64,000 nucleotides of DNA from Octopus sinensis (taxonomy: Eukaryota): positions 70,122,001 through 70,186,000 of the forward strand of contig NC_043001.1 in assembly GCF_006345805.1 (NCBI RefSeq), read 5' to 3'. Each line of letters opens with the position of its first letter. Within the stretch, counting starts at the first letter, position 1. Positions 1 to 12,623 of this stretch are shown one piece after another. A program made the translations under genes and the position numbers. The notes beneath the pieces were generated by a model. That model saw only the letters and a program-made list of their open reading frames with translations, was not told the DNA's origin and did not search any database.

Positions 1-300
1 ATTCAACGACAATATGGGACTTCAAAGACAGTAGCTCCCATAAATTCTAAAAGAAAATTTAGGATATGTGGATGTTCAAATTCAGGAACAAAAAGCATGA
101 CAGTAGAGAGCCTCCATGTTTGTTTTAACTTGGTTTCCTTGTATATCTCCACTGTCATACAAGTTCCCAAAGTTGAGCTTCCATAATTCCTAAATTCTAT
201 TTTAAAATTTATGAGAGCAACTCTATTTAAAGATGCATATTTGTCGTTCGATGCTAGAAATGATAAATTGGTAGACAGCCGATAACTGATGAAGGGTCCT
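1..300. repeat. Dispersed repeat with inverted ends (left arm cut by window edge); same family as 45815-45970 and 60440-60595
   Basis: 1-110 matches 45862-45970 (attcaacgacaatatg...gaagacagt.gctcccataa...gggaacaaaa...gacagt.gaga). The reverse complement of 235-300 (cccttcatcagttatcggctgtc...gcatcgaacgacaaatatg) matches 45819-45877. Confidence 0.6.
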
Positions 301-830
301 TTCACTGTGTCACGTTGACCTGTGTTCCATTACTTTCTCGTTGTTTACGTATTTCATGTTATTCGCACCATTGGTGACGTCCTGTACCCATATATTCCTG
401 TGTGTGTGTATATATATACATATAATGGAAGACAGAAGCTGGAATATACGAGAATATATTATTAATCACAACAATTGTTTCGACACATCTAGCATCGACT
501 CCTCTTGTGGGACACACAAAATCTGGTTCAGGAGTATCCGGTGGTACAGTCATATCTTGTGTGATAAATAAATAAAATATCTCGTTAAAATGACTGTTCC
601 ATAATGCAACTTTCCGTTTTGTAGAGTAGAGAGAAAAACAGCCAGGCGGAGGCAATTCTTCATATATATAGAAGATCCAAAAATAAAATTGCAGATACAC
701 ACACACACACACACACACACACATTTATATAATATATATATATATACTGAGAGAGAGAAGGAGGAGAGAATGCAATTAAAATCACTAGGATTATTTCTTC
801 ATATTCTTACATCATTTGTTCTTGACTAAG

Positions 831-1461
831 ATATTATGCAATCATTATCTTACATCAAAGGTGTAAAATGCGTCTCCTCAGGTGATTGTTTAAATAACTT
901 CTTCGTTAGATAATGTACCTATTTCATTTAGTGTCATAATGCATAGACAAAGTGATGTGTCATTCCCAGCTGTTTATACGTAAAAATAAACCCATATATA
1001 TAGTGACAGACAAAATACAGATACAATCAGAATAAGAAAGGCATTGATAAAAGAATAGACAAAAGAAAAGAAACTGGTCTGGTTTACTATAAACCTCCCT
1101 ATCGGTTATCTCTAAATACTTTACGTTGGTCTCCATTTTATACTTTAGTATGTCTAGAACGTTCTTCCTTATACTCTGACAATTAAGATAGAATAGTAAT
1201 TTATAGTCATTTGACCCTTTTCTTTACGTTTTTTTTTCTTTTATTTATGTATTTTTATTGTGATTGTAATTATATTTTGCCTGCCAACATATCTGAGGAT
1301 TGAGTCTTGTCTGGAAACTGCTGGGAAAGACACATCACTTTCAGTATGTATTATCACACGCAGTGAAATGGTGAGAGAATATAACGAAGAACTATTTAAA
1401 CAACTACCTGAGGAGCTGCATTTTGCATCGTGTATATATGAGACGATAATTATTGCATATT
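831..1461. repeat. Diverged inverted repeat, ~140-bp arms (831-970 and 1320-1461), ~350-bp spacer
   Basis: Reverse complement of the left arm, gctgggaatgacacatcacttt...aacgaagaagttatttaaacaatcacctgaggagacgcatttt...gataatgattgcata, aligns to gctgggaaagacacatcacttt...aacgaagaactatttaaacaactacctgaggagctgcatttt...gataattattgcata. Confidence 0.75.
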
Positions 1462-1790
1462 GAACTAAAGGTCTGAGAATGTGACAAAACAATGGTGGTG
1501 ATTTAAAATAAAGAATGCCGCTAATTCTATTTTCTTTTGTTTACCTATATAAACTCAACGAAAATTGTGGAATCACATATGTATTTCTATTGTGTGAAGA
1601 TATCTGGAGCATTTCCACAGTATGACAGTATAACATAATAATCAGGTAGCCAATTATTATGGACGAGGTTCGGTTATCATTCTACAAACTTTTTATCCCA
1701 ATCTCAATTAATTATATGTGTGTATGTGTGTGTGTGCGTGTGTCTATATATCTGCATGTATATAAGCTTATATATTTGTACATATTTATA

Positions 1791-1841
<51 letters not shown>

Positions 1842-2015
1842 GCATTTACAAGAACACTAATATATACGTACACGTACATACATTTCTGCCTTACGTGTAA
1901 ACTTCACATTTATAAATAACTGCACACAATTGAGAGAAGTATTGATAATCCAGCAATCTCTAACTTTTATCATGTTATCGTTCGATCCTTGAAATGTATT
2001 GATTTGTGTTTACAG

Positions 2016-2083
2016 GCTGATGCGAAAAAGTTACTCTGCGGCTCCATATACATGTCTACCAACAAGCAGTTGCAGAGTTCAAG
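2016..2083 (+). CDS. Candidate 68-nt internal exon, product unknown (LMRKSYSAAPYTCLPTSSCRVQ or ADAKKLLCGSIYMSTNKQLQSS)
   Basis: Acceptor tttgtgtttacag, donor aag|gttagc, locally higher GC, two open frames; no homology recognised. Confidence 0.2.
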
Positions 2084-2597
2084 GTTAGCTTTGCTGAGAG
2101 CAAGCTCGTATTATTTTTATAGTGCAAAGGTAAATGATCAATGAAAGCTTCACAGTAAAGTGTGAATAAATTTATTATGTACCGAAGATATTTTTTTAAG
2201 TACATTTCTAATATATGTATTGCATGTTTAATAATGAACTATTCCTTTTCTTTTCCCAAATGTTTTATCCATTACTAATGTTCTTCTGACCCTGTCAGTG
2301 TCACCAATTACTAATTTCATGCTATTTCTAATCACGTATTGAAATTCATACGGCCATCAAAAACAGATATTGCCACTTTGATATCCCTGCATCAAATTAA
2401 GACATTAATACTAACGAGACTGCAAAGCCATGATAGCGTCGGAAAAAGTCGTTTTGTAGCATTTGTTCCGAATCGCTAAATTCTAAATGCAAATACAAGC
2501 TAGGAGCATTACCTTTCATTTCTTCAGGATAAATACCAGCCATGTATTAGAAAGTTGCACGTAAACTCCTCACAATTACTGATATTGTGTCTGAATT

Positions 2598-2797
2598 AGG
2601 TGCAGCTATTTAGGCCAGATAAATTGCACCGCGACATTTCTTCTGACATTACGTTCTGAATTCAAATTCCTCCAATGTCGACTTCGGCTTTCATCATTTT
2701 CGGGTCGATAAAATATGTACCAGTCAAGAATTCGGGTCGGTGTAATCAATTAGCCAATCCTTTCAAAACTATTGGAGATAGGCCAAAATTTGAAACC
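2598..2797 (+). mobile_element. tRNA-derived SINE family B (central gcctttcatcctttcggggtcgataaa-type domain), diverged
   Basis: B-box-like gttctgaattcaaattcc, then gtcgacttcggctttcatcattttcgggtcgataaaatatgtaccag, tail aaaatttgaaaccattatt. Confidence 0.7.
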
Positions 2798-2806
2798 ATT
2801 ATTATT

Positions 2807-2847
<41 letters not shown>

Positions 2848-2904
2848 TATCATCATCATTATTATTTTTATTATTGTTGATGTTTTTGTTATTATTATCA
2901 TCAT

Positions 2905-3355
2905 CATCAGAACTCGTGTGATAGGGATACACAAGGCACATGCATCACAACTATATGTGCACGGCATGGTGACCTTGTATCAAAATAAACAGCTCATGAC
3001 CTGACCTTGCAGGTGGGGCTCATTTAGAATTTTCTTCATGTTGAGTAGCCCATTCCACTCAAAACTCCGTAAATAAGGTTCGTTTAGAATGATAAAACGA
3101 CACGCTCATATTTCGAGTGGTACACTATTCAAACTCCAAAAAATTCATCTCAATACGTGGCTATGATGCATCCTTACTATTCCTGCTCATGATCAGAGAT
3201 GCACATTGTCAGCCAACAAGGGAAATGTTCAGTGCTCAAACAACTGAGAAGCAAATCTGTGGTTTCGAGCAGATTATGTGTTGAAGCCCATCTTTTATAT
3301 CAACACAAAACATGTGCGGGATAAGACTGCATCAAGGCATTTAACATTACTACTA
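2905..3355 (-). mobile_element. ~540-bp (AAT)n-associated repeat family, truncated copy
   Basis: Reverse complement matches 22190-22620 (ataaaagatgggct...accacagatttgctt...ggctgac.at.tgtgcatctctgatca...ccccacctgcaaggtc...tgtgatgcatgtgcct). Confidence 0.8.
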
Positions 3356-3366
3356 ATGTTATTGTT

Positions 3367-3398
<32 letters not shown>

Positions 3399-3437
3399 AA
3401 TTATTATAATTATCATTATTATTATATTATTATTATT

Positions 3438-3490
<53 letters not shown>

Positions 3491-3547
3491 TATCATCATC
3501 ATTATTATTTTTATTATTGTTGATGTTTTTGTTATTATTATCATCAT

Positions 3548-3998
3548 CATCAGAACTCGTGTGATAGGGATACACAAGGCACATGCATCACAACTATATG
3601 TGCACGGCATGGTGACCTTGTATCAAAATAAACAGCTCATGACCTGACCTTGCAGGTGGGGCTCATTTAGAATTTTCTTCATGTTGAGTAGCCCATTCCA
3701 CTCAAAACTCCGTAAATAAGGTTCGTTTAGAATGATAAAACGACACGCTCATATTTCGAGTGGTACACTATTCAAACTCCAAAAAATTCATCTCAATACG
3801 TGGCTATGATGCATCCTTACTATTCCTGCTCATGATCAGAGATGCACATTGTCAGCCAACAAGGGAAATGTTCAGTGCTCAAACAACTGAGAAGCAAATC
3901 TGTGGTTTCGAGCAGATTATGTGTTGAAGCCCATCTTTTATATCAACACAAAACATGTGCGGGATAAGACTGCATCAAGGCATTTAACATTACTACTA
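3548..3998 (-). mobile_element. ~540-bp (AAT)n-associated repeat family, duplicated truncated copy
   Basis: Matches 2905-3355; second unit of the 643-bp duplication. Confidence 0.8.
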
Positions 3999-4009
3999 AT
4001 GTTATTGTT

Positions 4010-4041
<32 letters not shown>

Positions 4042-4189
4042 AATTATTATAATTATCATTATTATTATTATTATTATTATTATCATCATCATCATCATCA
4101 TCATTATTATTATTATTATTATTATTACAGTTTTTGTTGTCTTTGCTGGTGCTAACATTGTTAAATTGCTGAATTAGTAAAATCTTTAC

Positions 4190-4570
4190 TATGCCAGTCA
4201 AAATGCTTTCCGGCGTTTCTTCTTGATTTCCGTCCTAAGTTTATTTTCTGCAGAGTTGAACTTTGGCTTACATGTTTTGGGCACTGAGCACTGAGATCGA
4301 CTTAATCAACTAGACACCTCCCCCAAATCCTTAGGGGTGGTGCTTGTGATTTTACGGGAGATTATCAGTGGATTACATCGAACATTCCGGACAACATGCT
4401 TAGTGGTATTTCAGCTGTCATTACGTTTTGAGTTAAAATTCCAACAAGGTCGCCTTTGCCATTCATCATTTCGGGATCGATAAATCAAATATTAGTGAAA
4501 CACTATGGTCGATGTACTCGAGTCGTCTCCTTACACAAAATTGCTAACTCTGTGGGAAAATTTGAAATCT
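4190..4570 (+). mobile_element. Two adjacent diverged SINE family B copies (~4190-4330 and ~4385-4570)
   Basis: aaaatgctttccggcgtttc and acatgcttagtggtatttcagctgtcattacgttttgagttaaaattcc...tttgccattcatcatttcgggatcgataaa. Confidence 0.6.
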
Positions 4571-4599
4571 TTATCATGATCATGATCATCATCATCATG

Positions 4600-4639
<40 letters not shown>

Positions 4640-4650
4640 GTAGTAGTAGC

Positions 4651-4714
<64 letters not shown>

Positions 4715-4715
4715 T
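4570..4715. repeat. Compound microsatellite (ATC)n-(AGT)n
   Basis: Directly visible. Confidence 0.95.
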
Positions 4716-6084
4716 ATCATTAGCGGTAGCAGAATCGGCATGATTATTATCCTAATCTTGATTATCATCATATTCGTCAAATCGATCAATGTTTTGAAAG
4801 AACAGGTTACGCTCTTGAAAGACCCTTTTTGAAACAGTCACCAAATTGTAGTACACTTTGCCTCCAATCGAATTGGGAAGAATGTCACAACTTTCCATTT
4901 TCTCATACTTATAAAACATTCCCTTTTTTTCTATATTAAGTAATTGAAACTGTCTCAAATTTGAAGTTATATAGCCTTTGTTATTATTCACTTAAGAATT
5001 TTTTCCTCGGAACATATTTTACTAATGTCTTTAGCAAACACTTAGATTAACTGTATAACTTCCTATTGAATTTCTGTCAACAATCCCTGTTCTCAGATCA
5101 TTTGAAAACGTAAATATTCTATCATTTTCATTAGAGATTCTATAGCTGCCAAATAAATGCTATTCAAATTTTGTCAAATAGCAAAATAGTAAGAATAAAT
5201 ATGTGTACATGAATATATCAGAAAAGAAAATGAATTAATAAATAGACAAAAATGAGAACTTCACTTAATTTCTGAGGTTGACACAATAACTTACTTTTAT
5301 TACACTATCTTTGAAACTACGAAACTAATCTGAGCAGAAAAATAATTAAATCCATAACCTAGTCTGAACATTGTGAAGACATGTCGTTTGCCTTTCAATA
5401 TCACCTCTATAACTTAATTTAATACATTTAAAACACATCTCGAAAGCATTAGTTTATACCGCTTGCGTATATTAATAGAAAATATAATTATGTCACTGAC
5501 AAAGATCAATATACTTTTTTTTTCAAAGACGTTCGATGGCTTCTTTCGTTGGTTGTTATATTTTCGCGTAGTTTCATCTTCTTTTGCGTCTTTTATTGTT
5601 TCCTTTCGATTTTTCCTGTTTTGTTTATTTTGTAAATTTGTGTATTTTTATTCCTAAAATATATTTGAAGAAATCAAATATTGTTATCGATCTGAACTTA
5701 AATCGCTTCAATGAAAAGTGAATAGAAAAAAGTAAAAGGGAAAAGTAAAGAAAATATTGCAAACAAAAACGTATTAGATTTCTTCTTTGTAGGAAACTGA
5801 ATGTATTTTTGAAGTTTACGTAAAGATTTCTGTCTCAAATTTATTATTCCTTTTTATAAAAGTTAATGTTACTTAGTAGACATTAATGTAGCACAGCAGA
5901 ACCATAATACGGAAAACACTATATGTGTGTGTACATGTGTGTTAGTTTGTATGCATATGTCTATGTATGTATATGTATTGGCTGTGTATACATATATATC
6001 TATATATATATATAAATATACATACATACATATATGTATATGTATATATATATATATTATATATATATATATATACATACATAC

Positions 6085-6131
<47 letters not shown>

Positions 6132-6140
6132 CATATATAT

Positions 6141-6172
<32 letters not shown>

Positions 6173-6515
6173 AATCGATATATATTTACAATGTAACTAT
6201 GTCTATACATATATATGTATATATTCGCCAAGATTATATTAAAGCCCTAACTAAAGAGTAAGCTTTAATGAATTTTAACTGAGTGGCTCAAAATCCCCTT
6301 ACTGAGAACCGCTTATCTGAATATATTTATTGTATCCATAGTTATACGAAGGATATATCATAAAAACGTCTGATTTGACTTCAGATTTTTAAAATCATTC
6401 CTTGGTTCTTCGTAGTAATACAACATAAGTAGCTTCAGATTTTCTTTATTATTATCATTGTTAATAATCAGTGCATGTAGTATAAGACCTACTACAAGTA
6501 GGTCACTCTAAACTA

Positions 6516-6741
6516 TTGGGTTGGTGCATAATTATTGCGGCTTCTTTCAATAAATTTTATTCAACAAAAACAATAACAACATGTAACAAAAACATTTTTA
6601 AATGGTTATTCTGGAGCATATTTGCCATCTACTTCAATTGCTGCTTCCCAAATTGTTTCAAGTTGTTTCTGTTAAATATTGTTATTGTTTTTGTGGAATA
6701 AAAATGTTGAGAAAAGCCGCAATAATTATGCACCAACCCAG
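6516..6741. mobile_element. Mariner-type MITE, 226 bp, ~28-bp TIRs, TA target duplication
   Basis: TA|ttgggttggtgcataattattgcggctt ... aagccgcaataattatgcaccaacccag|TA; the TIR resembles mariner (MADE1/Hsmar1-like ttaggttggtgcaaaagtaattgcgg). Confidence 0.9.
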
Positions 6742-7035
6742 TATTATCATCTTATGAAATTTCGTAATTGTTCTTTACCTTTTTTTTCTGGGAGGAGGGC
6801 AACGTGATCAGCTCCAAACTTAGAATCCTTTTTCTGAGTTAGATCAAAAAAACTGGATGCTAAAAAATTTGTTCGTTTTTGGGAACAAAATTCATATTTT
6901 CACTGAAATAAATATCGTACATAATGTTACTATTACTATAAGCTACTGCCTGACTTACCAAAGACCAATAATCATGAACCCGGCCAAATTTCCCTCATAT
7001 AAGCATTGATAAAAAGCATTGAAAATATATATATA

Positions 7036-8746
7036 TTAGTAGCTTAAGGTGACCCGCTCTACGCGCGGGTAAGAGTGTGGTTGTTACTTTCTGTTGCTTT
7101 CTTTCTGTTTTTTTATCACCACATTCTCCCTCCTTGTTCCTATCTCCTTTCTCTCTCACTTTCCCATTCTCTTACTCTTCCTTTCTCTCGGACTCTCCCT
7201 CGCTTTCTCTTACTCTCTATCTTTCTCTATCTATCTATCTCCCATTTATAAACAACAAAAATCTTGAGTAAGTTGGGAAACAAAATATTTTGAAAGATCA
7301 ATCATAAATATCAGGCAGTGACAACGGAAAGGTCTGCTTTAGGGCAGAGAGCAAAACACTAACATTTAAAAGGGACAGACTTGCGAGCTGAATGAAAATA
7401 AAAAAATATTGGAAACCAAAGTTTGAAGGAATAGAATCTGAGGATATTAGAGTCACCATGGCTGGAATTTCTTAACAACGGACAGCAACGTAGTGGCAGT
7501 TTAACGGCTGGCGTAAAATTTTGAACTTGATGTAAAAGAAAATCCCTAAACACCAAATTTTGAAGTGATTCTTTCTCATGACAGTAGACTCACCAATGCA
7601 AGCATTCAAAACTTCTTCATCATGGACGGCAACACATTGAAGATTTAAAGGCTGGCGCACATTTTTTAGCTTGATGTAACAGAGAATTCTTAAACACCTG
7701 CTCCTGTAAATTTTAATCCCCTTCCAGACCAAGTTAGACCCCTTTTCACATTTTCGTTAATATAACCCGATTCCATTCAGGTCTACTCGGGACACATTTT
7801 ATTAGATGAGGAATTTTGTCCTAGAGGCCACGCCTTTCATTTGAGGAAAAAATAGTTGTCATGCAAACTTGCCAACACTTTTAACATAGGTGTGCATATT
7901 TTCAGCTCAACCGACCACATAATGCACACATTATATATATATGTATATGTATATATATATATGTGTGTGTGAGTGTGTGTGTGTGTGTGTGTTGGAGTCT
8001 CTCTCATACGTGAGTGTTGACGCTGAATTCGACTGGTAAGCAGGTAACCTTGTATTTGTTGAAATAGTTGTGAGCTGTTGGAGTTATTTCTCTGACGGGT
8101 AATAAGAATTTCCATATCCTCCGAGGAAACGAACTGTTGACCCAGACAATTAGAATTAATTTTAATAAAAGCATCAATTTAAGAAAAAATAATAAAGTAG
8201 TAAAAAATGAAAATTTAGCACGAAAAATTTGCAGGGTTCTAAATAAATGTTAAAATGTAATAGATACGAAAAACCTACGTTATCACCAGAACATGAACGC
8301 TCGTTGGTGTGTTCTGTTTGTATTTGGTCGATCGGCGCGTTGACAGGTAGACAATAGAATGCGGGCGATGGCGATGGAATATTTGTTTCTCTCTATGAAT
8401 GTAGACAGATCCATAAGTGAAAGTTATGGGAAGGTAAGAAAGAGAGTGAGTGAACATGTGCTGGGAAGAGAGGAAATAACGAGAGTGAGTTGAGGAAAAC
8501 AGATACATTAAATAACGGGAGTGGATTGTCAAAGTTATAAATGAAGGGGAGTTAGAGGGGAATGGAGGAAATAGCGTGAGTGAGGAAGATGGCCCCTAGC
8601 AACCACATAGTGATCTCTAAGATAGCCGACGGGCATCGTCACCTCATTTTACATGTCCCTGTAAGTTTTGGAGCGAATCGGACGGGATGTAGTGGCATTG
8701 AAAGCGAGCCAAGCGTAAAAACGCATTTCAGTTCTATATAGAGAGA
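7036..8746 (-). mobile_element. Probable non-autonomous Helitron (~1.7 kb)
   Basis: On the minus strand it starts A|TCTCTCTATATAG at 8746 and ends with hairpin acccgc-gcgtaga-gcgggt followed by CTAA|T (CTRR) at 7036. Internal diverged direct repeats at ~7480-7560 and ~7620-7700. Confidence 0.55.
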
Positions 8747-9298
8747 TAAAGTTTGAGAAATACTTATTCAATTGCACGATATATGTAATTTTGGTTCATC
8801 GCTGCTAATGGTCTCGACGATATAGATTTATATAACAGACTTGGAGAAATAATTGTCATGTATTCGGCAATTTCCAGGAGTTTTAGAATTGCATTTCTCT
8901 CACTGAATAGATGTTTGTCGATATATTTCATACAATCATACCCCTTATAATCTCTGATGTAACAACTTGTTTACACTCTAAAGAACTTTATCATTTTCTA
9001 TTGAATAGCTATATCGCAGTTAAAATTGGTGATGTATTCAATAAGGAATTATTGAATTCATTAGCTATAAGAGTTTCCTACTACTTCCTAAAGTAGTTAC
9101 TGGAGTTGCTCTATATTCCCATTTATCTTTATCTCTACGCTTATGGTTTTAGTGCTTTTTCTTCGTACCCTGCATTTTCCGTAAGTTCATTATTTTTGAG
9201 AGGTACTCTGTATTCTATTCGCTTGTTAGATACAGCATTCGTGAGATTAACGCTGTAGGAATTGTCGAAGACTAGCCAATATCTCAGAAATTGTCTCA

Positions 9299-9334
<36 letters not shown>

Positions 9335-9704
9335 GCACTCTCTCTCTCTCATTTCATCTCTCTTGTGCTCTTTCACTCTTTCAAACATACACACATATAC
9401 TGTTATATCTTCGGGGGGGGGGTCATTATGATAATATGAAACACACGCACTCATTCTATTTCACTTCAGTCAAATAACAGAACATTTCAGAGATTTTTAT
9501 AATCGAGTGTTTGATTAATCATTCGCTCCAGCATTTAATCAGCGAAGCTTGTCTGTTCTCTTTCACAGCCATTGATTGAATGACCGAACGAATAATGAAT
9601 CAATCGATCAGATGTTACGATTGATATTTAATTTTTGGCTGAAAATATTTTTAAAAAATGAAATATAACGACTGCATGCATTTCTTATTGTCATAATCAC
9701 TCAC

Positions 9705-9752
9705 CCGGGACCCAATAAAAGCTGTTTCAACTGACAGTTTCACATCAAGTGT
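9705..9752 (-). CDS. Candidate 48-nt phase 0-0 exon (TLDVKLSVETAFIGSR), product unknown
   Basis: Strong acceptor ttattacttttctatttactctgcaag, consensus donor cgg|gtgagt, only one frame open. Confidence 0.3.
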
Positions 9753-9877
9753 CTTGCAGAGTAAATAGAAAAGTAATAATTGCATTATCTATTTACCTAT
9801 TTATCTGTCTCTCTCTCTCTCTCTATCTACCTATCTATCTATCTATCTATCTCTCTATCTCTCTCTCTCTCTCTATC

Positions 9878-9908
<31 letters not shown>

Positions 9909-10383
9909 CTATTTATATATCTATCTATTTCTCTATCTATTTCTCTATCTATCTGTGTGTATGTGCGTGCGTGTACACTGATGTTTCCCTTGTCTTATTC
10001 CATTTTTCTCTCAGTAAACATCTGATATTTAGAGTACGAAAGCGATACAAATATTTCCATTGACACTGCTCCATTACTGCATTTGAAGCACAGCCATCTT
10101 CCTGTTATTCTGACCCTTTTGTTTCCCTTGACATATCTCTGCTGGTCCCTCTTCCCTTCTCTCTTCATTTTCTCAGTTGCTCTATTCTCCTGTGCCACCC
10201 GTTTCTTCTATCCTACATGAATTTTATTCTCTTCTACACTGTAACTCTCCACTCGATTTCTCTCTGTTTTCTATGACACACAGCTCGTCTATTAGTTCTT
10301 AATTATTTATTTTATTTGATCTGTTTATGTCCGTATCAGATTGTTAGTCTTGCAAACCCTATTACGAATAAGCTTACAGTCTA

Positions 10384-10464
<81 letters not shown>

Positions 10465-10521
10465 GTATGTATTTATATATGTATATCTGTATATATGGAT
10501 ATCACACACACACACACACAC

Positions 10522-10558
<37 letters not shown>

Positions 10559-10692
10559 TATATATATATAATACGAATAAAAAATGGAGTTAACGCAGGT
10601 GTAATCAACTATTTTTACTTTCGACACATGTTCCCGTGTTAATTGTTAACAAGGTAAAAATACACTCATCTATTTTTATATATATATATAAT

Positions 10693-10724
<32 letters not shown>

Positions 10725-10757
10725 CATATATATACATGTGTGTGTATGTATATATAA

Positions 10758-12376
10758 CGAGCAACAATGCACCTGATATTTTCTGTGAGGCAAGTTAAAG
10801 AGAAATGCAGAGATGAACAAATGAAAACTATACCAGGTCATCATAGATTTAACTACGGCATTTGACACGGGGAACAGTGAGGCACTGTGGGTTGCTTTAT
10901 GTAAACATGGTTGTCCAACATATTTTGTGAGCATTTTAAGAAACTTCACAGAAATACAAAAGATCAGTTAGGCTTTAATGGTGAGCTATTTCGTGAATTT
11001 TCAGTGGACAACGGTGTCAAGCAAGGAGATATTCCTGCCCCCACAATTTTCTCTATTTATTTTGCTGCATTACTTTGGTATGCTCTCAGGCATTGAAACA
11101 GGGTAATTGGAATGAGATTTTGGATATCTAGTCGTAATTTTACTTTGGCCCTGTTTAACTGTAAAGCAAAGACTTTCAAAATATTTATTAGAGTATTACT
11201 TTATGCTGATGCTGCTGATTTGTTGGCACACGCAGAAGGGGATCTGCAACATTTTATGGACAGATTTTCCACTGCATGTGTATATTTTGGACTCACAATT
11301 AGTCTGGGGAAAGCCAAAGTAATGTTTACTCCTGTGCCAGGACAAACATATCCTGTACCAAACATTTTTGTGAATGGAACAAGGTTAGAAGTCGTTGATA
11401 CCTTTGTTTGCCTACGAAGCACACTGTCAAGAGATGGTTGTCTTGATGCTGAGACATACAATGGAATAGAGAAGGGACGTATTGCATTTGGAAAGCTTGA
11501 AAAGTGAGTATAGGTGGATAGAGATATTTCCCTGAAGACAAAAATCAGTGTCTATAAAATGTGTGTATTGACTGCACTTCTTTATTCAACTGAGACATGG
11601 ACCACTTACAAGTGTCAGATGAAAATGCTGGAGAGATTTCATCAGTGCCTCAGAAGTACCTTGGAAGTCAAGTGGGAATGTTTCATGCCAGATACCGAGA
11701 TTTTGTGCATGGCACGTTGTAGCTCAATTGAACAACATATCTTAGCTTAAATGAGATATTATTAGAATGAAAGATGAGTGATTGCCAAAGCATCTTTTTT
11801 AAGGTGAGCTCAATTCTGGTAAGCAGCCACAACATAAGATGATGAAAAGGTATAAAGATTGTGTGAAAGAAACTCTGAAGAAACACAGGACAGGCGGCAA
11901 TGCTGGTATGAAAGGATGATTCAGCACTCTGAACTTAAAAGGCCCGTCGCAAAGGAAGAAATGGAACTGTAATGAACAGTGAACATTGGATATGTATTAT
12001 ATGTAACCGTGTTAAAAACAGGATACGTGAACCATATGAAGCCACATGAAAATCGTAACGCCCAGATAGGTAAAGATCTTGGACACCAACCACGTCTTAC
12101 AAATTGTGTCATATGCCATAAAACATGTAAGACAATATCTGGACTTAAAAGACTATGCTAGTTCACAAAAACTTTCCTTCAGAATCAGATTCCAAAGGGC
12201 AAAGATATAGAAGAATCTTGAATAATATCGGTCACTTTGTTTTAACCCTGTCAGTAAGTAGTTGGACTTAAAAGTCATCTAAGGGTTCATCAACGGAATG
12301 ATTGTACTATGTGATGGTGTGTGGTGTGTGTGTAGACGGGACGGTCATCATGTCCCTAGATGAAGCAATCATCATA
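10758..12376 (+). mobile_element. RTE-clade LINE, 5'-truncated, frameshifted RT plus C-terminal C2H2-like fingers and 3' UTR
   Basis: Translations TMHLIFSVRQVKEKCR, IDLTTAFDT, GVKQGDIPAPTIFSIYF, LLYADAADL, FGLTISLGKAKVM, TKISVYKMCVLTALLYSTETWT; 3' end ggtcatcatgtccctagatgaagcaatcatcat followed by (GT)n. Confidence 0.92.
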
Positions 12377-12574
12377 TGTGTGTGTGTGTGTGTGTGTGTG
12401 TACATATGTATATGCATGTGTTTTATATCTCGTGCAAGTCAGTATTATTAGCCTAAGATTCTATTTCAGGCCCCGTGATGAGTAAAACAGCAAATCTTGT
12501 CATCTTGAGATATGAAAGACGAACCTGTAATTACGTACGTATGAATGCGTATACTCAGACACACACACACACAC

Positions 12575-12623
<49 letters not shown>

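Larger units (their letters stand above)
2800..4085. repeat. Tandem duplication, 643-bp period, units near-identical
   Basis: agaactcgtgtgatagg at 2909 and 3552; ataattattataattatc at 3397 and 4040; unit boundaries lie in (ATC)n/(ATT)n. Confidence 0.92.

Noticed and set aside
1260-1463. ORF resembling a Pif1 motif (VREYNEELFKQLPEELHF)
   Set aside because: Weak similarity only; the same DNA is one arm of an inverted repeat whose partner is frameshifted.
5288-5325. Minus-strand segment with strong acceptor and gtaagt donor
   Set aside because: Stops in all three frames; at best a non-coding exon and cannot be supported.
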